Below are positions 9,961 to 19,068 of a stretch of 64,000 nucleotides of DNA, one piece after another. The position numbers and the translations under genes are program-made. The notes below the pieces were generated by a model. That model made no database searches. It was not told the origin of the DNA and was given only the letters and a program-made list of their open reading frames with translations. The number at the start of each line of letters is the position of its first letter. Position 1 is the stretch's first letter. Source of the stretch: a virus (taxonomy: Duplodnaviria; Caudoviricetes); IMG/VR virus record IMGVR_UViG_3300035520_000885, positions 50,128 through 114,127 of that record; one strand, given 5' to 3'.

Positions 9961-10467
9961 GTGAATGCTATGAGCGTGCCTATTAAACTTTTGCTTTTGA
10001 ATAAAGGGGAGACTCTTGGTTACGGCTTAAGAGCTATCCGTGAGTATGCTGATAGAATGATTGATGTGTCTGATTGGGAACTCGGTATTTCTGACTCTAC
10101 CATGTCTTCTGCCAAGCAGTATGTCATCAAAGACAATGTCATGTACATGTGCATGAAGTCTTTTTTTGATCTGGATAATAACGAGAGAATTTTCGTTTGT
10201 GTGGAGAATACTGAGCCATATGATGTTCTCCCTGAAGAGGAGACCGTCACGACTGCAGTACCCAATCCGGATAATAATCCTGTAGTTGCCGTGGATACCT
10301 CTGAGAAGACTTTAAGTGCAACTCTGACTGAGCTTGAAGAGAGCGACGAGCCCACGATTCTTGTTATGCCGGACGAATCCATTGATGAAGAGGTCACGGT
10401 TAAGACCTCCACCACGTTCGCTGGTTCTAATGCCGAGAAGGCACAGAATCGTAATCAGAGTATCTAA
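9961..10467 (+). CDS. Hypothetical acidic protein
   Basis: ORF preceded by late-type GACAATGTATTA (9933-9944). Confidence 0.65.
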   Translation: MNAMSVPIKLLLLNKGETLGYGLRAIREYADRMIDVSDWELGISDSTMSSAKQYVIKDNVMYMCMKSFFDLDNNERIFVCVENTEPYDVLPEEETVTTAVPNPDNNPVVAVDTSEKTLSATLTELEESDEPTILVMPDESIDEEVTVKTSTTFAGSNAEKAQNRNQSI

Positions 10468-10524
10468 TTTTTTCTTTGGAACACAGAAAATAGAGAGTAG
10501 GATTTTTATCCTACTCTCTATTTT

Positions 10525-11760
10525 TTAGCAGTATTTCTGAATACACATGACAAAATACAAGAAGATTCCCTTGGTATAATCAATCCGGGTTGCCAATCTT
10601 CCATATTTTCCGTATATGCCTGTATCTGTACCCCACTTATCCAATTTCTTCTTGATATTGGAAATATTGGTGTTTTTGCTATTGGATTTCTTGAATAACG
10701 CCAGAGCAAAAGCAATGAATGCTTTACTATTGATTTCCTCAAAAGTGTGCTTCTCATCATACAAATAGATGAAAAGAATGGATTCCACGAAAGACTTCAT
10801 ATCATCACTATTCTTCTCTACGGTAATCTGAGTAATAGCATTTCTCAATTCAATCTTGGATACTCCCGATGCATTGGAAGCAAAGTCACAGATTTTCAAA
10901 TCTACTCCATTGATGAGTATATTCAAGACAATCTTATTTGTGACTGACTCCACTCTATTGGTATCATTCTCTGTATCTACTACGATTGCATCGTCGTAAG
11001 CATCTACAGAAGTATTGACACGGAGATTCAACTTCTTGTTTTCCATATAGGCATTTTTGATTTTTTTCATTAGAGAGTTCTGGTCATTCCGAATTCTCTG
11101 AATGAAAGCAATCACGTTCGAGTCTGCACCATTGATGATGTTCTTCTCATGGAATCTCCAAGAGTTTTGAATAGACGTCGTAAGGGTATTGAAAATCGTA
11201 CCGGCTTTCTTGATGATAAATCTCTGGGAGAGATTATCAATCGTGTATTTCATGACCGCAGGGTCTGGTTGGAAACCAGAATAATACTTATCCCAAATGG
11301 AAGGATAGTAAGCCATAGCAGTAATAGCCAGAGCAGAATTCAAACCCTTATTATCTTTCTTAATGGTATAGAAACGAATGATGAAAAAAAGAAGCGTATA
11401 TACTGGGTTATTCTTAATGAAAAGCCAATTGGCTTTCTCATTGACTTTCTTAAGAACTCCAGAGATTATCTCAATGGTATCCTTTTCAGTCATTCCAAAT
11501 AATCCAAATAACTTACCTTTGTCATCATAGGTGAACGGAATCATATATAGAGGACCAATTGCTGCTAGTTTACTACTATTTCGATTGAAGTAATCTTCAA
11601 CGATTCTCATAAACTTACGATTTCCCTCCGGTGTCTTCAAAACTTCCTCGATCTTTGGATATAAAGCATCCCGCAATTCATATGTATTAGCGGGAGCAGC
11701 TTCGAAAAAAATATCAAAAGGATCGTTGTCTATATTTGCATTTTCGTAAAAAATATACAT
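10525..11760 (-). CDS. Hypothetical protein, possibly virion-associated (late gene)
   Basis: 411-aa ORF, SD AGGAGG, late promoter 11790-11801. Confidence 0.65.
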   Translation of the reverse strand: MYIFYENANIDNDPFDIFFEAAPANTYELRDALYPKIEEVLKTPEGNRKFMRIVEDYFNRNSSKLAAIGPLYMIPFTYDDKGKLFGLFGMTEKDTIEIISGVLKKVNEKANWLFIKNNPVYTLLFFIIRFYTIKKDNKGLNSALAITAMAYYPSIWDKYYSGFQPDPAVMKYTIDNLSQRFIIKKAGTIFNTLTTSIQNSWRFHEKNIINGADSNVIAFIQRIRNDQNSLMKKIKNAYMENKKLNLRVNTSVDAYDDAIVVDTENDTNRVESVTNKIVLNILINGVDLKICDFASNASGVSKIELRNAITQITVEKNSDDMKSFVESILFIYLYDEKHTFEEINSKAFIAFALALFKKSNSKNTNISNIKKKLDKWGTDTGIYGKYGRLATRIDYTKGIFLYFVMCIQKYC

Positions 11761-11934
11761 CCGAATCCCTCCTATTCCTTAATTATGCTTAATACACTGT
11801 TTTTAAGGGTGCTAAAAAATGAATTTTGAGTTGTATGATATATTTGTGTAATCATAATAATGCTGGATTAGGCATTGGTGGTTACGTGTGTTGTCTACCC
11901 AAAATGTGCATGTGGAAAGGAGATTGATGAATGA

Positions 11935-12768
11935 ATGTGCACCATAATTCAGCAAACTGAGGGGCGGCAAAAGTATTGCAGAGGTCAGGTCTGGTTCATG
12001 AGAGAACCGGTAGATATGACCAATGCGAAGATGGTAAGCGGTGATGGAACAACTGCTTATAATCGTCCAGTTCTCATTCTCAGCGTGAATGAGGACAATA
12101 GGGATTGCCGTACCGTAACGGTAGTTCCTCTGAGCACTTCCCTGTCGCATGTCGATGGTGGCGATGTCCTGTTCATGACGAATGGGAAAACTATCAAAGC
12201 CATGTCCTGGCAGATTACTGCTAAGGACAAGAAGTTCCTTACGGAGTACATGTATTCGGTGGATGCCGAAGTTATGGATTCCGTGGAGGCCAAGGTCGCT
12301 GCTCATCTAGGATTTGGTCGGAACTATGACTCCGAACTCGTGCAGAAAATAAACGCTTTGCACGAAAAGGTTGATTATCTTCTCAGTGAGGATAAATCGA
12401 CTGGTGAGAAATATCACTCAAAGAGTATCGTAGACAATCCGAATGTCTCGGTGTCTGTGGATACCAGTACTCCTGAGCCTTATAAGGAAGCCCACGAGGA
12501 GGACAGGATCACCAAGTCCGAAGCTCTTGAAAAGATTACCAGAAGGAGGATGACGAAAGAGGAAGGAAAAGCATTCGTAGATGACTATACTTCCATGTCT
12601 ATGGCTGATATGAAAGCCAAGTATGGGAGTAGTGAGGGAGCTATCCGTCAGAAGTATCGCTACTGGTCGGAAAAGCTCGACCTCAAACCCCAACACAGTG
12701 CCCCCCCCCCCCTTCAGAGGGAACGTCCAGCTCTAGTAGGAGCAAGGATTCCATTACCGCTTTCATAG
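11935..12768 (+). CDS. MazF/PemK-like endoribonuclease domain protein with C-terminal extension
   Basis: RGQVWF...RPVLILS.N..N....VTVVPLST and WQITAKDKKFL match the PemK/MazF pattern; HTH-like segment near the C-terminus. Confidence 0.7.
   Translation: MCTIIQQTEGRQKYCRGQVWFMREPVDMTNAKMVSGDGTTAYNRPVLILSVNEDNRDCRTVTVVPLSTSLSHVDGGDVLFMTNGKTIKAMSWQITAKDKKFLTEYMYSVDAEVMDSVEAKVAAHLGFGRNYDSELVQKINALHEKVDYLLSEDKSTGEKYHSKSIVDNPNVSVSVDTSTPEPYKEAHEEDRITKSEALEKITRRRMTKEEGKAFVDDYTSMSMADMKAKYGSSEGAIRQKYRYWSEKLDLKPQHSAPPPLQRERPALVGARIPLPLS
12701..12712 (+). repeat. C12 homopolymer, possible slippage or phase-variation site
   Basis: 12 consecutive C in an AT-rich genome; one extra C fuses 11935 to the 12774-12983 frame. 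Confidence 0.7.
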
Positions 12769-12773
12769 ATAGC

Positions 12774-12983
12774 GTGTGTATTTTCGGGGAGAAAGAAGTT
12801 TCTTTCTTCGCAGATGTATATAGAGAATACTATAAATTCTGCACGAAGGAAAATATGGTTCCTCGGTCCCGCCAAGCATTGGAACATCGTCTATCTAAAA
12901 AATCCAATGTGTCGACAAATCGAATTTGTAGGTCAGGAGGTCACCCTGAACTGAAAATTACAGGATTGGGCATGAAGCCTTAA
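12774..12983 (+). CDS. Winged-helix-like domain; probably the frameshifted C-terminus of the MazF-like protein
   Basis: Frame is open back through the C tract: KDSITAFIDSVCIF...DVYREYYKFC...PRSRQAL, like the C-terminal winged helix of D5/P4 primases. Confidence 0.5.
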   Translation: MCIFGEKEVSFFADVYREYYKFCTKENMVPRSRQALEHRLSKKSNVSTNRICRSGGHPELKITGLGMKP

Positions 12984-13031
12984 TCAAAAAATACAAATAA
13001 GAAGAGACGGAGAGAAATCTCCGTCTCTTCT

Positions 13032-14537
13032 TCATAATCGCCATATCTGAATGGCTTTACATTTTTTCTTCAAGTGGCTGACTCTAGTCTTATATTGTCT
13101 TTCACAAGTAGAGAAAGCGATATCCACTAAATCAAAGAAGTAGGTATCTTTGTCTTTTGCATACTCTCTCAGTCTTCCGGGTAGCTGATTGCATACGATT
13201 GGAGAACTGAAAGGCTCCAAATTTATGATACAACGAAGACCTGGTATATCTACTCCAGTACCACAGGATCTTATGGTACTACAGATAATATCCGCACTCT
13301 TCGCCTCTTCGTTTACCTCTTTGGTATTAGAAGAATTGATAGTAACGATTTTTTTACCTTGTCCTCTGCAATGCTCAGATATGAGACTCTGAATAAATTC
13401 AGTATCTGCAATCTTTGGCACTGTGACAAGAATCTTTCCCTCTAGCTCAGAAGCCTTATCAAAGACAATGAAGAAATTCTCTATCTGAGTTTGGTCACGG
13501 TCATCGTGTAATGCATACCTTGAAAAATTCAAGACAGAGAAACCATAAGAATTCATTGTGGAAGCAATCTGGGTGTCAGTCGGATTGCTTCTATACAGCA
13601 CTGGAACATAGATAATATGCTTTCTTTTTTCTTCTGTCTCCGTAGGTTCATTCCCATATTTAACAACAGATGAGAAGCACTTCTTGAAAAGTTTCGCTTC
13701 TTTACTGTCGCTTCTTTCAAAGTTTGCAGTCAGATAGAATGTCTTTTTCGTATTGGCAAACATGTCTACCCGTAAGACATTCTTAAATGACAGATGGGCC
13801 TCATCGAAAACTTTCACCCCAACATGGAGTTTTTCAAAGAACTTCTTAACTGCTGGCCACCCATGTGTTCTCGCATAGCTAGTGAGAGTCTGATGATTGA
13901 CAAAGTAAATATGACCAGCGACCTGCTTTCCTTTCATGATACGCTCGACTACGTCAGTGCCAGATATATTGACAATACTCTTAGCTGGGACGTTAGTCAT
14001 CTTCAGCAACGTATTGATCCACTGCTCTTTAATCTTATCTTGATGTGTGATGATGATAGCTTTCATTCTAAGATTCAGTATCGCGCTGATTGTAGAATAT
14101 GTCTTCCCATCACCAGTATCAAGAATAAGAGCTTGTTGGTGAGCACTATCTAGAAATTTAAATTTCCCAGTATTGGATAAGAAAGAAATGCTGTCAACTT
14201 GAAGCTGATTCCTAGGCGGAGATAACATCTCCCACTTTGGAAGTCGAGAGCTCTTTATCTCACTCTCATATTTTATAAAAGCCCTAGAGTTCATCTGTGT
14301 CTCTAAGAGCTTCACGTTATAACCCCTTGGCACATAAAGTCTATCATCACAAATATAGTATCCCATAGGGTCATATCTGTATTCTGCGTCTATCCAGATG
14401 GAAAGAGCTTTTTCGAGATTTTTACACTCTCCAAGCTCATATGGATAAACTTCATAATGTGTATTCATTATGCTAACTTCTTTTTCCTCTTTCGGCGGCT
14501 CGTAATATAACGAGCTGAAAAATGGCGTATTCGGCAT
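13032..14537 (-). CDS. Superfamily II DNA helicase (UvsW-like)
   Basis: LDTGDGKT, FDEAH, LTA, GTGVDIPGL, NQLPGRLR; late promoter 14561-14572. Confidence 0.85.
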   Translation of the reverse strand: MPNTPFFSSLYYEPPKEEKEVSIMNTHYEVYPYELGECKNLEKALSIWIDAEYRYDPMGYYICDDRLYVPRGYNVKLLETQMNSRAFIKYESEIKSSRLPKWEMLSPPRNQLQVDSISFLSNTGKFKFLDSAHQQALILDTGDGKTYSTISAILNLRMKAIIITHQDKIKEQWINTLLKMTNVPAKSIVNISGTDVVERIMKGKQVAGHIYFVNHQTLTSYARTHGWPAVKKFFEKLHVGVKVFDEAHLSFKNVLRVDMFANTKKTFYLTANFERSDSKEAKLFKKCFSSVVKYGNEPTETEEKRKHIIYVPVLYRSNPTDTQIASTMNSYGFSVLNFSRYALHDDRDQTQIENFFIVFDKASELEGKILVTVPKIADTEFIQSLISEHCRGQGKKIVTINSSNTKEVNEEAKSADIICSTIRSCGTGVDIPGLRCIINLEPFSSPIVCNQLPGRLREYAKDKDTYFFDLVDIAFSTCERQYKTRVSHLKKKCKAIQIWRL

Positions 14538-14637
14538 GATTACATTCCTCCTTTCACCACTAAAAAAATGTTTTTTAATGGATAAAGCTTTATTTGGTTA
14601 GGAAGGAGACTGGATATAGAATCCAGTCTCCCATTAG

Positions 14638-15309
14638 TTAGTCTTCAGACGCAACGAAATCTACTAACTTTTCTAGCATAGAATCTGCTGAATTACTTTG
14701 GAATACTTTCAGTTTCTCCATAAATTCGGGACTTCCGATTTTAGGATAGTCTGTAAATTCATCTGGCTTGTGAGTAAGAGTGCTATACGGATATATCCGG
14801 TTAGACCATGGATGTTCCTTTATGTACCCAAGGTGCTCAATATCTCGATATGTATTGTCGATTGCCCTATCTACAAGCGTCACGAGTTTCTTTTTTCTAA
14901 AGAATTTAATATAGAGAGAAATCCCATAATCTTCAAAGAGATGACGTTTCTTAGATACATGGAGCTTCATGAAGTCAACTAAGTACCCCATAATGTAATT
15001 CATAAGGAATTCATAAATGGAAATAAACATAGCCAGACATTCATCCCTATCTAAATCTTTGAGCTGGTCTATCTCATCTATCATGGTATCGTCACGTGCA
15101 GAGTGAAGACCAATAGCATGGAACTTCTTGTACATCTCATCGTGAATAGTATCATAAAGGTCTTTTCCAATATACTCGGCAAGCCCATCTACTTCTACGC
15201 CAAGATCCACAATTGCATTATTCAAAACCCAATTGATTAGAATACGTCTGACAACAGCCAGAGATACGATGACTACTACTGCTATTGCCGCGTAACCTTT
15301 AGCATCCAT
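14638..15309 (-). CDS. Membrane-anchored hypothetical protein, paralog of 15299-15970
   Basis: N-terminal TM helix; shares EDY and RAI.N...DIE motifs with its neighbour. Confidence 0.65.
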   Translation of the reverse strand: MDAKGYAAIAVVVIVSLAVVRRILINWVLNNAIVDLGVEVDGLAEYIGKDLYDTIHDEMYKKFHAIGLHSARDDTMIDEIDQLKDLDRDECLAMFISIYEFLMNYIMGYLVDFMKLHVSKKRHLFEDYGISLYIKFFRKKKLVTLVDRAIDNTYRDIEHLGYIKEHPWSNRIYPYSTLTHKPDEFTDYPKIGSPEFMEKLKVFQSNSADSMLEKLVDFVASED

Positions 15310-15970
15310 CTTTTTCAAGTTCCTTCTTTCGTATTTCTTTTGCAAAGTCCAGAATCTCAACAAGTCGTTTTCTATCAATGATTTGAATCTGATTCTTCAC
15401 GGTATCCATCGTCCATCCTTGAAGCATATAGGGATTGAACGTCAGATATTCTTTGCTCTCATTATAATTACCGTTATTCCGACAAATTTCAATATCAGAG
15501 AAATTATTCGTGATAGCTCTAACAAGAATCCTATTACGTCTCACACGATTTCTCCACACGAATGCGCTAGAAAATGCATAATCCTCAATGTGCATGATTC
15601 GTCTTTCAGAATTTGCAGATGAAAGCATCATTGGTAGTTGAGAAGTCAGATAGAATAGTACGAATTGATAGGTGGAGAGATAGATAGCATCCCATTCTCT
15701 TCTATAGAGAGTTTTGTAATCCAAGTCCTTCGGGTCTTTCCATTCGGAATTATCAATACATGCCTCTCGCTCCCCATAGTTACTCTTCATGATGAAATCC
15801 AAATCGGTTAAAATATAGCCAGATGCTTCATCCAACATTGCAGAGCAGAACTCGATATTGTCATGGCAGATTTTATTCGTCTCGATGAATCTACCAACAA
15901 TGGCGGAAATGATATAAAGACCAACCACTGTTGCGATGACCAATATCAATTGACCAAGAGTTAAATTCAT
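15299..15970 (-). CDS. Membrane-anchored hypothetical protein
   Basis: Start MNLTLGQ after AAGGAAG, N-terminal TM helix. Confidence 0.65.
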   Translation of the reverse strand: MNLTLGQLILVIATVVGLYIISAIVGRFIETNKICHDNIEFCSAMLDEASGYILTDLDFIMKSNYGEREACIDNSEWKDPKDLDYKTLYRREWDAIYLSTYQFVLFYLTSQLPMMLSSANSERRIMHIEDYAFSSAFVWRNRVRRNRILVRAITNNFSDIEICRNNGNYNESKEYLTFNPYMLQGWTMDTVKNQIQIIDRKRLVEILDFAKEIRKKELEKDGC

Positions 15971-16034
15971 AAAATCGCTTCCTTTCCAATATAAATAAAG
16001 GGTCGTATACATCTCCGTATACGACCCTTTATTC

Positions 16035-18113
16035 TTACCAGTTTTTATTCTTCTTTTTCTTCTCGACGCTCTTATGCATCTCAATGAGACGAGAAGTTGG
16101 AGTCGTCTTTCTGAAGAAAGAGTCGATATAAGATTGTCCATGTTTCTTCGTAACCAAGTCATCAGACATAAGCTGTTTCTTGATATTCTGAGAAGCAAGA
16201 CCAATCAGAGGAGATGCGTTAAACTCCAGAGCTTTCAGAATCGTATAAATCTGATAGTCGGGGACTTCATCTTCCGTAAAATCGGGACGACTGAAGTCCT
16301 CGTCAGGGTCATTGCGAAGCATACGATTGATAATCAGCTCACCAGAGAGTGCCATAGCTCCAATTCCAGACTCCAGAAGAAGCTCAGTGAAAGTCTGAGC
16401 CATCCAGTGATAAGTAACCTTCTCATCACTATCCTTCTTGGAAGTATTGAGAAGGTCCATCAGACGATACAGAGGACGAGTCAACTCATTATTCATGATG
16501 ACCAGTTCAAACAGCGCAGTATCTTCATCCATGTCCTTGAAACGGATATATCCACGACCCTTTTTCATCAGGTCGATACATTCATCAGTCATAAACATCT
16601 CACGCTCGTCCATAGTATGGATCTCAACGAGCTCCTTTGTGACCATATTGTAGACATAGAATTTACCACTGATGTAAGTATTGAACGAAGAATCGTCATC
16701 CAGCTCATCAGACTTCTGGATAGTATTCGGGTCAATCCAAACAGCCCAGTTATCGAGGTCTGTCACCTCGTTGTTATTGAGAATCGGATTGATTTCGCCA
16801 GCAGTCATAGAGAAGAACCGATAGAAATCAGGATTGAACTCAATTTTTTCAGAAATGGTAGTCAGAAGATGCTTTGTAGAAAGAACCATCTGGTTTACAA
16901 CCTTAGTGGTTTCTTCAGTTTCGAATCCAGAGACACCATCTGCGATATCCAAGTTCAAAAGAGAAGTAGTACCAAAGCATTTATGACAAACTTCATCTCC
17001 GCATGCACAAGTGATAGGAGAACGAAGATAAATCTTCTTTCCTACCAGCTTTCCTTTATCCCTCTTAGCATTGATGAGAGAGAGGTCGTCGTTCAGATTG
17101 AGCTTATAGTAACGACCATTGTACTTCTTGAGCATTTTCTCAGACTTGATTTCAATCTCAAGAAGATGCTTAGTATTGCAATCAGATACAGTCTTAGAAA
17201 GCCGAAGAGTTCTTGCCAGTAACAGGCAGATTTTTCCGAAATATCCGGCTTTCCCCATCACTTTTTTATTTGTGATTAGACTCTTTCTGGCGCCGAGCGC
17301 ATCAATATACATGGCACTGGGTTTATTCAAACCATTAACCATGGTGCTGCTATTGATAGGAACTGGAATTGTGACACCATTCAGGTCAGGTTTCAAGCCC
17401 TGGTTGATAGTGAACTCACTAAGCTGCTTGTGCTTAATACCAGTCCCGGAACGCAGAATTACACCGACTGCATTGTCCTTGATTCCTTTGAAGATTTCGA
17501 TTTCTTCATTCATGAGACCATTGAGCTCATGCTCAATCTCGGCCGGTTGCATTTCCAATGGGAAAGTTGTTTGCATGATTTGTTGCATTCTCGGATTTTC
17601 CTGATAAACTTTCAAAAAAGTCTCAGACGATACCGTCAGGCCCATAATCAATGCAAAGTCAATAGAGATTCTTCTCATATTGTAGAGGACTTCAGATACA
17701 GAGCGGTTTCGTACTGTGTTTCTGATACTATACTCTTCAAGGACCAGAATGACCTTGTCGTTGATATAGTCTGTGAAATTGGGAATATCATTTTCACAAT
17801 CTACAATAAAAGAAGAATCAAGGATTTTCGTTCCATATAAATTGATGAAGGGATACCATGCAAACACGTTCACTACGAAGTGACGCAGTTGTAAAGTATG
17901 GGTTTCTTCATCGGTCGCATAGAACTTGAATCGTACAGGATACTCTCTGCAAGCTTTATGCTCGAAGCATCCTTTAATGAGGGTATAAATTTTCTCCTGA
18001 AAATCTACATAGTCTTCTTCGCTCCTCATATAATCATTGATGATATAGAGAGGGCTCACGTACTTGCTCAATTCTTCAGGAGTACTAAATGCTTTTACAA
18101 CGTAATCTTTCAT
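16035..18113 (-). CDS. rpoC: Putative non-virion RNAP beta-prime C-terminal subunit
   Basis: GARKSLITNKKVMGKAGYFGK bridge helix, RSPITCACGDEVCHKCFG zinc site, QMVLSTKH trigger loop; early-type motif at ~18195-18205. Confidence 0.85.
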   Translation of the reverse strand: MKDYVVKAFSTPEELSKYVSPLYIINDYMRSEEDYVDFQEKIYTLIKGCFEHKACREYPVRFKFYATDEETHTLQLRHFVVNVFAWYPFINLYGTKILDSSFIVDCENDIPNFTDYINDKVILVLEEYSIRNTVRNRSVSEVLYNMRRISIDFALIMGLTVSSETFLKVYQENPRMQQIMQTTFPLEMQPAEIEHELNGLMNEEIEIFKGIKDNAVGVILRSGTGIKHKQLSEFTINQGLKPDLNGVTIPVPINSSTMVNGLNKPSAMYIDALGARKSLITNKKVMGKAGYFGKICLLLARTLRLSKTVSDCNTKHLLEIEIKSEKMLKKYNGRYYKLNLNDDLSLINAKRDKGKLVGKKIYLRSPITCACGDEVCHKCFGTTSLLNLDIADGVSGFETEETTKVVNQMVLSTKHLLTTISEKIEFNPDFYRFFSMTAGEINPILNNNEVTDLDNWAVWIDPNTIQKSDELDDDSSFNTYISGKFYVYNMVTKELVEIHTMDEREMFMTDECIDLMKKGRGYIRFKDMDEDTALFELVIMNNELTRPLYRLMDLLNTSKKDSDEKVTYHWMAQTFTELLLESGIGAMALSGELIINRMLRNDPDEDFSRPDFTEDEVPDYQIYTILKALEFNASPLIGLASQNIKKQLMSDDLVTKKHGQSYIDSFFRKTTPTSRLIEMHKSVEKKKKNKNW

Positions 18114-18283
18114 AACTAGCTCCTCCTCATTGCCCAAACATAGGGTTTGCTTAATTTAGATGTCCACAGGATTATTAATTTTGACTTCTGAGGTTATAAT
18201 ATATAGCTTACCCAAATTTTTAGGCCATCTTTTAAAATGGACAGACAATCTTTTAAAGTATACCTCAGAAAGGCGGTGAGAGA

Positions 18284-18967
18284 ATGAACAGCGAAACCAC
18301 AACGTGGTTAAACAGCATTGGTGCCGGGACATTCATTTGTATCTGCATCACATTATTCTTATTTGTGTCATTCCTCTATAAGAAGTATAAGAGCTACAAA
18401 GATGCACTCAAAGAGAAAATCGCAACTGAGATTAATGACGAGAATAAGATGACAGATCTTATCAAATCGGTAAATGAATTAGTCCCAAAGATAGAAGGAT
18501 TGGCAACAACAGTTCAAAGAATTTCAGATGATTTTGAATCATACGTTGATCGGAGTGAGAAAAGATTTGAAGAAATTGAGCAGAAAGACGGCTTAATGAA
18601 GGATCTATTGGATATCATCACGCATTCAAGTGAAACAGATATCCGTTCTGACATTATTGATGCATACCAAAAGTGGATGCCACTTGGATACATCGACGTG
18701 TATACAATGTCAGTACTAGAAGACAAGTATGATATTTACGATAAACACTTGCACGCAAATCATTTTGCACATGATATGATGATTGGTCTTAGGACATTAC
18801 AAACGAAACCAGTCATTACAACAGACGGGGGAGGCGACCCAATTCCCTATTTCATCTTACATCCAGAGGATCATCCCGCAGTCAGACAGGAAAACTACCA
18901 GAACGAATTGGAAAATGGTAAACCTTATCGACTGGGTGCATCTCATGAAAAGATCACAAGCGAGTAA
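18284..18967 (+). CDS. Single-TM coiled-coil protein (holin-like?)
   Basis: N-terminal TM helix, coiled coil; late-type promoter 18244-18255. Confidence 0.55.
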   Translation: MNSETTTWLNSIGAGTFICICITLFLFVSFLYKKYKSYKDALKEKIATEINDENKMTDLIKSVNELVPKIEGLATTVQRISDDFESYVDRSEKRFEEIEQKDGLMKDLLDIITHSSETDIRSDIIDAYQKWMPLGYIDVYTMSVLEDKYDIYDKHLHANHFAHDMMIGLRTLQTKPVITTDGGGDPIPYFILHPEDHPAVRQENYQNELENGKPYRLGASHEKITSE

Positions 18968-19068
18968 GAAAAAAGAGTTGATAGACGGCTAACCATAGGC
19001 GTCTATCAACTTTTAACCCAAAAAACAATAATATAAATCCAAATCCAATGAAAGGAAGTGGTATTCTT

